Assembly (NCBI RefSeq): GCF_036365525.1
Contig: NW_027141363.1
Location: 1 to 64,000 of the forward strand
Origin: Heterodontus francisci
Taxonomy: Eukaryota
DNA length: 64,000 nucleotides
Reading direction: 5' to 3'
In this document: positions 48,455 to 61,010 of the stretch, piece after piece
Position numbering within the stretch: position 1 is the stretch's first letter
How the letters are laid out: every line of letters starts with the position of its first letter
Made by a program: the position numbers and the translations under genes
Notes under the pieces: generated by a model
What the model was told of the DNA's origin: nothing
The model's database searches: none
What the model saw: the letters and a program-made list of their open reading frames with translations, nothing else

Positions 48455-51400
48455 CTTGGTGAGGTAACCAAGATGTGGTCTGGCAGCAGGAGAGGTGGGA
48501 AGAATGTGGCACCTCTTGTTGAAGACATGGGGGAAAAGGTGCAACATAGACGACTGGAAATGGCGTCACGGATATTGCAAGCCTGAAAGTAAGGGAGAGG
48601 AAGTGAGTTATCATGGCAGGGGATTGCTTCAACTGTTGAGCTTCCAGTCCACGGTCATCTGAGATTGAAGAGTTGTTAACTCGCTCAGATCCTCGTTCCA
48701 CAAAACAGTTGTGGGGCATGAGTGGAATTACTTCTATTTCATTCAATGGGTTGAGTAGGGTCCACGGTGTGATCAGGTATTAGTTGGTATAGGGGAGCCC
48801 AGAGCAGGAGTTGCTGAATAAAATAACGCCTACAAACGTGTGATCAGAGCCATCGATTTAAAATAAACCACAGTTATTCTGGGAGTCGATTGCAGATCTG
48901 TTAGCAAATTCTAAAATATTCTATTAGCAATAGCATATGTGAACAGAAATGCGAGGAGGGCAGAGTCAGAACAGCAGAGGAGGAGCACGTTCGGCCCTTC
49001 GAGTCCGTGTGAGCTCTCTGTACAGCAATCCAATTAGTCCCATGCCCCAAGCAAGTTTATTTCTCTCCAAGTTTACATCCAATTACATTTTGAAATCATT
49101 CATTCTCTCTGCTTCCAGCATCCAGGTAGGCAGTGAGTTCCACATCATTACACCGCGCTGTGTAAACAAAATATGCCTCACATCGCCCCTGTATCTCTTC
49201 CCCAAAACCTTACATCTGTGTCCCCTAGTCCTTGTATCCATCAGCTCATGGGAACAGATTTTCTTTGTCTATTTTCCGCAACCTCTCTTCATTTTGTACA
49301 CTTCTGTCAAATCTCCCCTCAATTTCCTTTGCTCCAAGGAGAACAACCCCAGCTTCACCAAACTAACCATGTCGCTAAAATCTCTCATCCCTGGAACCAT
49401 CCCGGTAAATCTCCTTTACACCCTCTCAAGGACCCTACATCCTTCCTAAAGTGTGGTGACCCGAACCGGGCTCAATACTCAAGTTGGGGCCTAACCAAAA
49501 CCTCATATATGTTGAGCATAACCACGCTGCTTTTGTACTTTACACCTCCATTCATGAATCCCAAGATCCCATAAGCTTCGTGAACCTCTCTCTCAATATG
49601 TCCTGCCACCTTCAAAGATCTATGCACATTAACCCCCAGGTCCCTCTGTCCTTGAACACTCTTTAGGCCTATGTCATTAAGTCAGTAATTCCTCTCTGTC
49701 TCCCTTCTGCCAAAATGCATCACCTGATAGCAATGTAGTTCACTGTTAACTGCCTCTGAAATGGGCTAGCAAGTCATTCAGTTAAGGGCAGTTCGGCATA
49801 GGCAATGAATGCTGACCTTGTCAGTGATGTGCGCATCCCTGAATGTGTTTTTATATAAAATGCCTCCTTCTTCATTTTTCTTTCACTGTTTTCTCACTTT
49901 GCTTCCCCTCTTTATTTCCTTCAGATCATCTGTTTTAGTATATCACAAGTGTTGCTCAAACCATTCACTATGAACGAGCAGACTTGGGGAAATCCAATTG
50001 TCTATTTTGTGTGGAATGGTTATGATTTTAATCTGTTCCAGAGTTAGTGGAATTGACTATTTGGTAGATTGGTCAAGTCACTGCTGCTTTGCTCACTCAG
50101 TCTTCACAGAAGCAAGTGGGACTCAGGCTGCGGTGGAGCTCCATCCCCACCTCGTGGCTGTCATGTGTAACTACAGGCACCTGTGGTTTGCACAGTGCAA
50201 TTGATAAAATAGGCATTATGAAGACATGCTTTGAAATTGCTCCGTCTTCCCATTTTTTATCCATTGCTTCGGCTGCTGACGCTGGTGACATCGAATTAGA
50301 TAGAATTTGCAGCACAGATTCAGGCTATTCGGCCCGATGGGACCATGTTCCAGAAGAGCCTGGGGCAGATGGCGGTGTACTTGTCATGTCTCTGAGCTGG
50401 TAATCCAGAGGATGGGGATAATCTCCAGGGGACATGCGTTCGAATCCCACCAGGTCAGATGGCGGAATTTAAATTCAATTAATGAATAAATATAATTATT
50501 TCATCAGAAAATCTGCAATTGAAAGCTAGTCTCAGTTAAGGGGCCCTGTCACCCAGCTGGCTCACTCATGTCTTTTAGTGAAGGAAATCCGCCGTCCTTA
50601 CCTGGTCTGGTCTACATGTGACTCCAGACCCACAGAACACAAGAAATAGGAGCAGGTGTAGACCATATATCCCATCGAGCTTGCTCCATCATTCAATACA
50701 ATCGTGGCTGATCTTGGGCTTCAATTCCACTTTCCTGCCTACTCCCCATATCCCTTGATTTCCTGAGGGATCAGAAATCCCAGCCTTAAATGTATTCAAT
50801 GAAGGAGCATCCACAACACTCTAGGGTAGAAAATTCCAAAGATTCACAACCCTTTGAGTGAAGCAATTTCTCCTCATCTCAGTTCGGAATGATTGATCCC
50901 CTGTCCTGAGATTTCTCATTACCTCCTTTTTTGAAAAGCCGTGTAACATTTGTCAGCGTTCAATCCGATGGCACCATTCCTGAATCTAAGGAATTCTGGA
51001 AAATCATAGCCAGTGCCTCCACTATCTCTGCAGCTATCTCTTTTAGAACCCTGGGATGTAATCCATCTGCTCCAGGGGACTTGTCGCATTTTAATCCCTC
51101 AAATTTCTCGTAGACTTTTTCTCAATTGATATGAAAATCCTTAATTGCCTCACTCTTTTTAGCCCCCAGATAACTTCCTATTTCTGGTATGGAACTTGTG
51201 TCTTCTACTGTGAAGACAGACACAAAATATTTTTTCAATTCCCCTATTCCCCATGATAATTTCTCCTGTCTTTACCTCTAAGGGACCAACATCAACTTTA
51301 GCTACTCTCTTACTTTTTATGTAAAAGCTCCCACCATCTGTTTTTATATTGCTGGTTAGCTTATTCGCAAATTTTATTCCCACATCCAATGAAAGAAACT

Positions 51401-52012
51401 AAACCATGTCTTCATCCAGCCCTGTCAGTATGACGTGCTATTTCCTACTCCCTAATGTTTTTATCCAGCATCCATTTACATATATCTGTTTGTACACATC
51501 ATTTATTTCTGTGTGCCAGCGAATTCCACATTCTCACCACTGTATAAATTCATTTCTTGGAGTTATTAGTGAGTATGATGTATTCATGACCTTCCCGACA
51601 AGTGCAGGCATCTTCTCTGCCTCTACCCTATTATATTCCTTCATAATCTTGAACACCTCTAACAGGTCACCCTCAGCATTGTCCTCAGCACTTCAGGTGT
51701 CGTCTAAACAAAGCCTGTAGAGATAAGAATTATGCACAGAGCTCCAGGTGTGGTCTAACCGAGGTACGGGTTGAAGAGCCGTTCGATGAACCATTATACA
51801 GGTGTGGGCAGAGAAAGTGTGTGTTGTCTGTCTGGAGGTTGTGGGGAGTTAGAACATGGGCGTTCTGCCACTCGAACGGGCACTGAACAGGTGCAGATCC
51901 GCATCCGATCAGCCAGGGCTGCTCTTCACCGAATGCTGGGTTAAATGCACCCGTTTGAAGGGAAACGTGTGAGGGTTTTTGTCAAGGCGGCCAATGACTC
52001 TGAACCGCTGTG

Positions 52013-52321
52013 TCCCATCACCAGCTGCACAGAAATACACCGCCTCGTCCGTGGCGTTCACACTCTCCATCGTCAGAGTGGATTTCTTATTGTTCAGAGT
52101 CCTGGTAATAACAAACCCGCTCTTAAATCCATCTTCATACTGAGGTTCACTGCCGAGGTAAACAGAGCCCATTGAGAGGAATCCTCTGCTGGGGGACTGA
52201 CGATACCAGTACATGTAGTTGTGAATCTTTCCTTTCTGCAGACAGTTCATTTCCACGGGTCCTGGTTGTTTAACAGCCAGTGACTGAGGCCATTGATGTA
52301 TCACATCACACCGGCAAACAC
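52013..52321 (-). CDS. TRBV: V-beta exon V5, family B (paralog of V3)
   Basis: Open V domain; 23-RSS cacagcg-23-acaaaaacc (52012-51974). Confidence 0.95.
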
Positions 52322-52700
52322 CTAGAAAGAGAAATTAGAGGGAATGAACTAGTATCGATGGAGTTACAATTGAGACGATGGGTGTCGGTGTTGCACGAAA
52401 TTAACGACGGAAATTCGGTCTGTGTCCTAATTTCCTACAAGTACCTGGATCTTTACAAATGTAAAATAGAATCGTGGAATCCACAAGTTTGCAAGTGGGT
52501 GCAAACATTAAAGAGTTATCATCATATTAATAACACTTGTCTTCCCAAACTAGGGGACAGATGAATGAGTTCACTGTCTGATATGAAATAATCGATTACT
52601 GATTTCACAGGTCACCGCTGCTCAGTTTTATTGAGATCATTAATCATCCCTTTCAGTTGATCAAATGTAGAAGAGTGATTGGGACAGAATCTTAACCTAC

Positions 52701-52746
52701 TCAGCGCCAGAAGGGAAATAGCAAAGACGATGAAACTGAAAGGCAT
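52701..52746 (-). CDS. TRBV: Leader exon of V5 (MPFSFIVFAISLLAL)
   Basis: 46-nt phase-1 exon, gtaggt donor. Confidence 0.88.
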
Positions 52747-53832
52747 GTTTGCTGTGGATCTGAGAGACTTTCTGCTGGTTACTCTGGGTTTTAAGGGAGG
52801 GAGAGAGATGAGGTGTAGGCAGAGCGGATCGTCATCAGAGGAAGTTATCTCAAGGCAATGATCCCCGCCCCTACCTTTAAGTTGTATCCCATTCTTTTGT
52901 TTGCTTCCTTCCGCCCCTTTCCACTTGTTTCTTCTCTCCATTTTCCTCCTTCCACCCCACCTTCTACTCTGCTGCCAATATCTTCACTCTCTTCCCTTTG
53001 TGAGCTTGCTTTCATGCTGAATCGAGGGAAATTTTGAAGGTAGCGAGGTGTTGGAGAGGGTAGGTGAAAAAAACAAGGGGCGGTGCAACGATAGCTGCTT
53101 TGAGTGACTCCAGAGCTTATGGCGCACAACAGGGGATTATTAACATCCTTTTGCAAATTAAAATCAGTAGTGGAGGAAGAGAAGGTGGATAGTTCGATGG
53201 CAGCGGCGGCGGCTCATATAACATCACTGTAAAGTGGCAATCTAACTGCATTTAGCCTTTAAAGTGAAAAGATTGCAGAAGCAGAGGAATTGACTCATTG
53301 ATCAGCGGCGCCAAAGCCTGTGGTGGCGCGAAATATAGTGGAGCCACTGCGCCGACCAGTGGCAGCATGGTGCAACTGCAACAAGCTGTGTTTGTTACTT
53401 TCCCAGTGAAACCCATTGCTCTTTCGGAGAGCCAGTGCAGACACGATGGGCCGAATGGCCTACTTCTGTGCTGTAACAATTCAGCGATTATGAATGTCGA
53501 TGACAACTGGCAATATTTTGATTTCAATTGTTAACCAGATGATCAATATTGTGTAATATTTGTGATGGATTCAAATGTTACAGGATGATATTCGAAGATA
53601 CTAAGATGTATCTATCCATTGGTCTGTTTATAACTCTGTCTTTCAGGCTACCGAGCCATCTATTTATCTCTATAAGAGCTGGTTGGCAGCTGAAAGATAC
53701 AGATGTAGACTCGCAAAGGCAACCAGACAAAGTCAGACCCCGAGACGGCGAGGAGATGAACAGAAGAGGATAGCTGTAGCAATGAACCTGAGTGGTTATT
53801 GTCATAGTGTGGAAGGGGTTTGAAGCATTGTG

Positions 53833-54138
53833 CTCCTTCAGTGGCGGCGCAGTAATACATCGCCCTATCTCCGGGGCCTGCAGTCTGAATTTTCAGAGTG
53901 CTCCTTTGAATGTCAGCTCTCACCACCTCGAATCCAATCTCGAACCCTTCCTGGAAAGCCGGCTTGCTCCCAGACACGTCCGTCACCAGAAGCTCGGGGC
54001 CTTGCCTGTGGTGCTGGCGGTACCAGAGCATGGTGATGTGCTCCGTGTCCTTCTGCTGACAGGTCAGTGTTGCGCTCTCCCCATGTCCCAACGTCAGTTC
54101 ACTGGGTGTCTGGGACACTGAGGCGCATCGACAACAAT
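53833..54138 (-). CDS. TRBV: V-beta exon V6, family C (paralog of V4); acceptor AG mutated to CG
   Basis: Open V domain, 23-RSS at 53832-53794; acceptor reads gccctcg; in-phase cryptic cag would start the exon at 54117. Confidence 0.9.
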
Positions 54139-54590
54139 CGAGGGCAGTGGGAAGGGGGAGAAAGGAAAGGGTCCAAGATTCAGTTAACGCAGCCACATCA
54201 GGAAAAGTCTGCAGTGCATCCCAGTGCATTTTCTGATCGAATATGAGCTCAGACAATCATCCAACATGTGAAGGAGGCCGTTCATCCCAGCAGGCCTGTG
54301 CTAGCTCTTTGAAAAAGCTATGCAATGAGTTCATTCCCCAACTTTTCTCATCTCAATTTAGTTTTAAATGTAATTTATTCCAGTTTTCTAAGAATAAGAG
54401 TGAGGTCCTGTCTGGCAGATCATGCACCGGTTATAGAAGCAAATATCAGTGCAAAGTAACTCAATGTCTGTTTCTATATGAAGGGGACAATGACAACATC
54501 AATGAACGATATTACATACGGATCATTAAGTGTATTTCTTAAAGAAACTCAGGTTAAATGAAACAATAATAGCATTCTGAAGTTACTTAC

Positions 54591-54636
54591 GCGGCATCAG
54601 CAATGAAAAGGCCCAGAGCAGGAGTTTGAATTCCAT
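54591..54636 (-). CDS. TRBV: Leader exon of V6 (MEFKLLLWAFSLLMP)
   Basis: 46-nt phase-1 exon, intact gtaagt donor. Confidence 0.85.
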
Positions 54637-57539
54637 CTTGGTGAGGTAACCAAGATGTGGTCTGGCAGCAGGAGAGGTGGGAAGAATGTGGCACCTCTTG
54701 TTGAAGACATGGGGGAAAAAGTGCAACATAGACGACTGGAAATGGCATCACGGATATTGCAAGCCTGAAAGTAAGGGAGAGGAAGTGAGTTATCATGGCA
54801 GGGGATTGCTTCAACTGTTGAGCTTCCAGTCCACGGTCATCTGAGATTGAAGTGTTGTTAACTCGCTCAGAACCTCGTTCCACAAAACAATTGTGGGGCA
54901 TGAGTGGAATTACTTCTATTTCATTCAATGGGTTGAGTAGGGTCCACGGTGTGATCAGGTATTAGTTGGTATAGGGGAGCCCAGAGCAGGAGTTGCTGAA
55001 TAAAATAACGCCTACAAACGTGTGATCAGAGCCATCGATTTAAAATAAACCACAGTTATTCTGGGAGTCGATTGCAGATCTGTTAGCGAATTCTAAAATA
55101 TTCTATTAGCAATAGCATATGTGAACAGAAATGCGAGTAGGGCAGAGTCAGAACAGCAGAGGAGGAGCACGTTCGGCCCTTCGAGTCCGTGTGAGCTCTC
55201 TGTACAGCAATCCAGTTAGTCCCATTCCCCAAGCAAGTTTATTTCTCTCCAAGTTCACATCCAATTACATTTTGAAATCATTCATTCTCTCTGCTTCCAG
55301 CATCCAGGTAGGCAGTGAGTTCCACATCATTACACCGCGCTGCGTAAACAAAATATGCCTCACATCACCCCTGTATCTCTTCCCCAAAACCTTCCATCTG
55401 TGTCCCCTAGTCCTTGTATCCATCAGCTCATGGGAACAGATTTTCTTTGTCTATTTTCCTAAACCTCTCTTCATTTTGTGCACTTCTGTCAAATCTCCCC
55501 TCAATTTCCTATGCTCCAAGGAGAACAACCACAGCTTCACCAAACTAACCATGCAGCTAAAATCTCTCATCCCTGGAACCATCCCGGTAGATCGCCTCTG
55601 CGCCCTCTCAAGGACCTTACATCCTTCCCAAAGTGTGGTGACCAGAATAGGGCTCAATGCTCAAGTTGGGGCCGAACCAAAACCTCATATATGTTGAGCA
55701 TAACTGCCCTGCTTTTGTACTTTATACCTCTATTCATGAATCCCAAGATCCCATAAGCTTCGTGAACCTCTATCTCAATATGTCCTGCCACCTTCAATGA
55801 TCTATGCACATTAACCCCCAGGTCCCTCTGTCCTTGAACACTCTTCAGGCCTGTGTCATTAAGTCTGTATTTCCTCTATCTTCCTTCTGCCAAAATGCAT
55901 CACCTGATAGCAATGTATTTCACTGTTAACTGCCTCTGAAATGGGCTTGCAAGTCATTCAGTTAAGGGCAATTCGGCATAGGTAATGAATGCTGACCTTG
56001 TCAGTGATATGCACTTCCCTTAATATGTGTTTTTATATAAAATTCCTCCTTCTCCATTTTTCTTTCACTGTTTTCTGACTTTGCTTCTCTTTACTTCCTT
56101 CCGATCATCTGTTTTAGTATTTCACAAGTGTTGCTCAAACCATTCACTATGAACGAGCAGACTTGGGGAAATCCAATTGTCTATTTTGTGTGGAATGGTT
56201 ATGATTCTAATCTGTTTCAGTGTTAGTGGAATTGACTATTAGGTAGATTGGTCAAGTCACTGCTGCTTTGCTCGCTCAGTCTTCACAGAAGCAAGTGGGA
56301 CTCAGGCTGCGGTGGAGCTCCATCCCCATCTCGTGGCTGTAATGTGTAACTACAGGCACCTGAGATTTGCAAAGTGCAATCGATAAAATAGGCATTGTGA
56401 AGACATGCTTTGAAATTTCTCCGTCTTCCCATTTTTTATCCATTGCTTTGGCTGGTGTCGCTAGTGACATCGAATTAGATTTAATATGCAGCACAAATTC
56501 AGGCTATTCGTCCCGATGGGACCATGTTCCAGACTAGCCTGGGGCAGATGGCGGTGTCGATGTCATGTCACTGAGCTGGTAATCCAGAGGCTAGAGTGAA
56601 TCTCCAGGGGACATGCGTTCGAATCCCACCAGGTCAGATGGTGGAATTTAAATTCAATGAATGAATAAATACAATTATTTCATTGGAAAATCTGCAATTG
56701 AATGCTAGTCTCAGTTAAGGTGCCCTGACACCCAGCTGGCTCACTCATGTCTTTTAGGGAAGGGAATCCGCCGTACTTACCTGGTCTGGCCTGCATGTGA
56801 CTCCAGACCCACAGAACACAAGAAATAGGAGCAGGTGTAGACCATATATCCCATTGAGCCTGCTCCGTCATTCAATACAATCATGGCTGATCTTGGTTTC
56901 CAATTCCACTTTCCTGCCTGCTCCCCATATCCCTTGATTTCCTGAGAGATCAAAAATCCCAGCCTTAAATGTATTCAATGAAGGAGCATCCACAACACTC
57001 TGGGATAGAGAATTCCAAAGATTCACAACACTTTGAGTGAAGTCATTTCTCCTCATCTCAGTCCGGAATGATTGATCCCTTATCCTGAGATTTCTCACTA
57101 GCTCCTTTTTTGAAAAGCCGTGTAACATTTGTCAGCTTTCAATCTGATGGGACTATTCCTGAATCTAAGGAATTCTGGAAAATCATAGCCAGCGCATCCA
57201 CTCTCTCTGCAGCTATCTCTTTTAGAACTCTAGTATGTAATCCATCTGGTCCAGGGGACTTGTCAGATTTTAATCCCTCAAGTTTCTCCAAGACTTTTTC
57301 TCATTTTATAAGAATATCCTTAATTTCCTCACTCTTTTTAGGCCCCAGATTACTGCCTATTTCTGGTATGGAACTTGTGTCTTCTACTTTGAAGACAGGA
57401 ACAAAATATTAGTTCAATACCCCTGCCATTTCCTCATTCCCCATGATGATTTTTCCTGTCTTTACCTCTAAAGAAACAACGTCAACTTTAGCTGCTCCCA
57501 TGCTTTTTATGTAAAAACTCCAACCATCTGTTTTTATGC

Positions 57540-58430
57540 TCAACAACAACCTCAACAGGAAAAAATCACCAACCAATTCAACAACAACGTCAGCAGAATG
57601 AAAACACCAACAACCTCAACAGCAGTAAAACACCAACTTGTTCAACAACAACCTCGACAGAAGAGATCCACCAACAAATGCTGCAATTTCTATAGGATAA
57701 AATCACCAACAAATTCAACAACAACCTCAACAGTGGAAAATCACCAACAAATTCAACAACAACCTCAACAGGATAAAAGCTCCAAAAAATTCAACAACAA
57801 CCTCGACAGGAGTGAAACACCAACAATTTCAACAACAACCTCAACAGGAGAGAAGCAACAACAAATTTAACATCAACTTCAGCAGGATAAAATCAACAAC
57901 AAATTCAACAACAACCTCAACAGGAGAGAAACACCAACAAATGCAACACCAATTTCAGTAGGATAAAACACCAGCAAATTCAGCAACAACCTCAATAGGA
58001 GAAAAACACCAACAAATTCGACAACAACCTCAACAGGAGGAAATCACCAACAAATTCGACAACAACCTCAACAGGGGAGAAACACCAACAAATTCAACAA
58101 CAACCTCAACACAGAAAATTATCAACAAATTCAACAACAATTTCAGTAGGATAAAACACCAGCATATTCAGCAACAACCTCAACAGGAGAGAAACACCAA
58201 CAGAACGACAACAACCTCAACAGGAGAAAATCACCAACAAATTCGACAACAACCTCAACAGGAGAGAAACACCAACAAATTCAGCAACAACCTCAACAAG
58301 AGAGAAACACCAACAAATTCAACAACAACGTCAACAGGAGAAAGCCACCAACAAATTCAACAACAACCGCAACAGGAGAAAAACGCAAACAAATTTAACA
58401 ACATCTTCAGTAGGATAAAAACACTAACAT
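57540..58430. repeat. AAC-rich ~37-bp minisatellite; related array at ~62380-62705
   Basis: Repeated acaacaacctcaacaggagagaaacaccaacaaattc. Confidence 0.9.
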
Positions 58431-60058
58431 TATCAGAGGGATAGATCAGAGCAAGCTAATGGGATGTTTTACACTAGCTGCACAGCTGTTTGATAGAGTA
58501 CAAAGGGAGAAATTATTTCCCCTGCTGGAGCTTCAGAGAACAGAGAACTCAGATATAGGATCATGACTAACAGTTTCAGAGGGATAGATCAGGAGAATCT
58601 GTTTAAACCAGTGAGTTATAATATGTAACACTCTGCCTGAAAGTGAGAGGGAAGCAGATTCAAGAGGAAGTTTCAAAAAGGCAGTTGGACAAAACCTTGA
58701 AGTTGAAACGAAATGCAGGGCGATTGGGGAGGAGCAGGGAGTGGGAGAAATTGAATAGGGGAGATGCAAAACTCTTTTGGGCCTCCTTATCTCGAGAGAC
58801 AATGGATATGCGCCCGGAGGTGGTCAGAGGGTCACCAATATAAGGCAGTTACTAATAAATCCAATAGGCAATTCAGAATCAATGACTTTACCCAGGGAGT
58901 GGGGAGAATCTGGAACCCGCATTAACAGAGTGGGTTTAGGCCACTAGTGGAGATGCATTTAAGTGGGAGACTATATGAGGACATGTGGGATAAAGGTACA
59001 GAAGGAGGTGCTGATAGGGTAAGATGCAGAGGGATGGAAGGAGGATGATATGTGTTGCATTGGGTAGCTCTTTCGAACAGCCGGGCCAGGCTCAATGGGC
59101 TGAATGGCCTTTGCCTCTGCTGCATGATTCTATAAACAAATAAGACGCATCAAGTTGCTTGTTTGTATTAGGCAGATCAAAATTAATTTCCCCTGTGCTA
59201 AACAACAATTCAAGGGTTATGTTTTACATTGGGGTGAAATCTTAGATACTTTGAAAAGCGACAGTGTCATGAAGAAGTGGGTTAACTATTTTAAACAGAT
59301 GCTCAAACCGCCGTCAGGAGGCAGGTGTTCCAGTGAGAGACCTATCTGTGGAGGTGTCTCACTTTTGCATTGTGTGAGTCATTGGGGACATGTACAACAG
59401 GGAGCTATGTGTAACTCTTGTCCTAAACCACCGACAGCTCATTCAACAGGACCATGAACCCATTTACCCCACCTCGGAATCTGTTCTTTACAGGTAGAGG
59501 CTGCCTTAACGAGAAGGATCTGAGCACATTGCTGCAGCATTTTTAATAATTCATAATGTATTGATGTACTCTGAGTCGAAGGAGAGCAAGAAGATGAAAC
59601 TATCAGTAAAATACAAATCATGATATATCAATAATTAAACTGGTATGGTGTAAAGAATGGTGTTCGATAGATGATAAACGTCAGATATATGGTGGATGCA
59701 TATTTAGAGAGGTGAGAGACAGGTAGATAGATAACTCGGTGACAAATATGTATATGATCGAGGTACATAGATAGACAAATAGTGCAATGTAACNNNNNNN
59801 NNNNNNNNNNNNNNNNNNNNNNNNNNNNNNNNNNNNNNNNNNNNNNNNNNNNNNNNNNNNNNNNNNNNNNNNNNNNNNNNNNNNNNNNNNNNNNNNNNNN
59901 NNNNNNNNNNNNNNNNNNNNNNNNNGCGACACAGAAACCCGCAGATAGTCAGAGAGACAGAAAGACACTGAGATAGACAGACAGGTTCATCTCCCACAAG
60001 TGCTTTCCTCCCCCTTTAGAGTTTTTGCTGAACTCCGGCGCCTTTCTGAGTCACTGTG

Positions 60059-60357
60059 CAGACTCCAGGCACAGTAATACACGGCTGATTGATTCACCAA
60101 CAGGCTGGAGGACTCCAGGTAAAAATGGGTGTTGTCGGGTCTCCTGGCGGTGAAACCGTCCACCTCACCGGAGGGGGTGACCGTTCCGGCAGAGGTGGAA
60201 TAGAAAAGGTTCTCGTGCTCACGGTCCGGATGCCACCGGTACCAGTAGACATCGGAGCCAGCATCTGCCTTTGTGTAAATACACTGGATACTGACTGGAG
60301 AGCCTGGGGAATAGGATATGGAAGCGGGAACCTGCTGGATCAACATGGCCCCCACAT
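60059..60357 (-). CDS. TRBV: V-beta exon V7, CAWS-type (..IQQVP..IQC..VYWYR..YYCAWSL)
   Basis: Open V domain, ttttacag acceptor, 23-RSS cacagtg-23-gcaaaaact (60058-60020). Confidence 0.95.
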
Positions 60358-60359
60358 CT

Positions 60360-60366
<7 letters not shown>

Positions 60367-60391
<25 letters not shown>

Positions 60392-60850
60392 TAAACCCAG
60401 GGACAATGTTTAAATTGATATCGGCCACGAAGAGGGGAGAGGCACGATGGGCTGAATGACCTGCTGTGTGCCCTAAATGTCCCGTGTTTCTATGTAAGAA
60501 GGGAGAGGTGGGAGATGGGGAGCTGCAAAGAGAGAGAGAGAGACATAGAGTGAAAAAGAGTGAGAGAAAAAGAGAGAAGCAGAGAGAGAGAGAGAGAGAG
60601 AGAATGAAAAAGAGCGAGAGAAAATCAGAGAAGCAGAGAGAGAGAGAGAGAGAGAGGGAAGCACAGACAGAGGGAGAAAAACAGCAACATTCTAGACATG
60701 GGCAACAGACATGAAGGAGCTAATAGGACAGGGAGAGAGAGCAAGAGAGACAGAGAGAAAGGGAGAGTGGGAGGGACAGACATAGAGGAACAAATATCGT
60801 TAGACAGAGAGAAAGAGAGAGAGAGGAAGGAATACAAAACGAGAAAGAGA
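60367..60850. repeat. (GA)n low-complexity tract in V7 leader intron
   Basis: Visible GA microsatellites. Confidence 0.85.
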
Positions 60851-60967
60851 GCAGCTGAAATAACTATCACAGTGACGGTGCCTAGTAAGGGGGTAAACCC
60901 CCAATGGGGTCACACAGGCAAAGAGCAGTGAGGATGACTGGCATCTCTCAGTCGAGTTCCACCTTAC

Positions 60968-61010
60968 CCCTTAACACCAGCAACACAACCCAGAGGTGAG
61001 ACACAGTCAT
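60968..61010 (-). CDS. TRBV: Leader exon of V7 (MTVSHLWVVLLVLR)
   Basis: 43-nt phase-1 hydrophobic exon, gtaagg donor. Confidence 0.85.

Larger units (their letters stand above)
43145..57535. repeat. ~6.2-kb tandem segmental duplication: two full units (V3+V4, V5+V6) and a V-less partial third
   Basis: Offsets V3 to V5 6168 bp and V4 to V6 6183 bp; shared intergenic sequence and CR1 fragments start near 43145, 49220, 55400. Confidence 0.92.

Noticed and set aside
44121-60874. Isolated CACAGTG heptamers (e.g. ~44121, ~45568, ~60868) as extra RSSs or D segments
   Set aside because: No nonamer at 12- or 23-bp spacing and no adjacent gene segment
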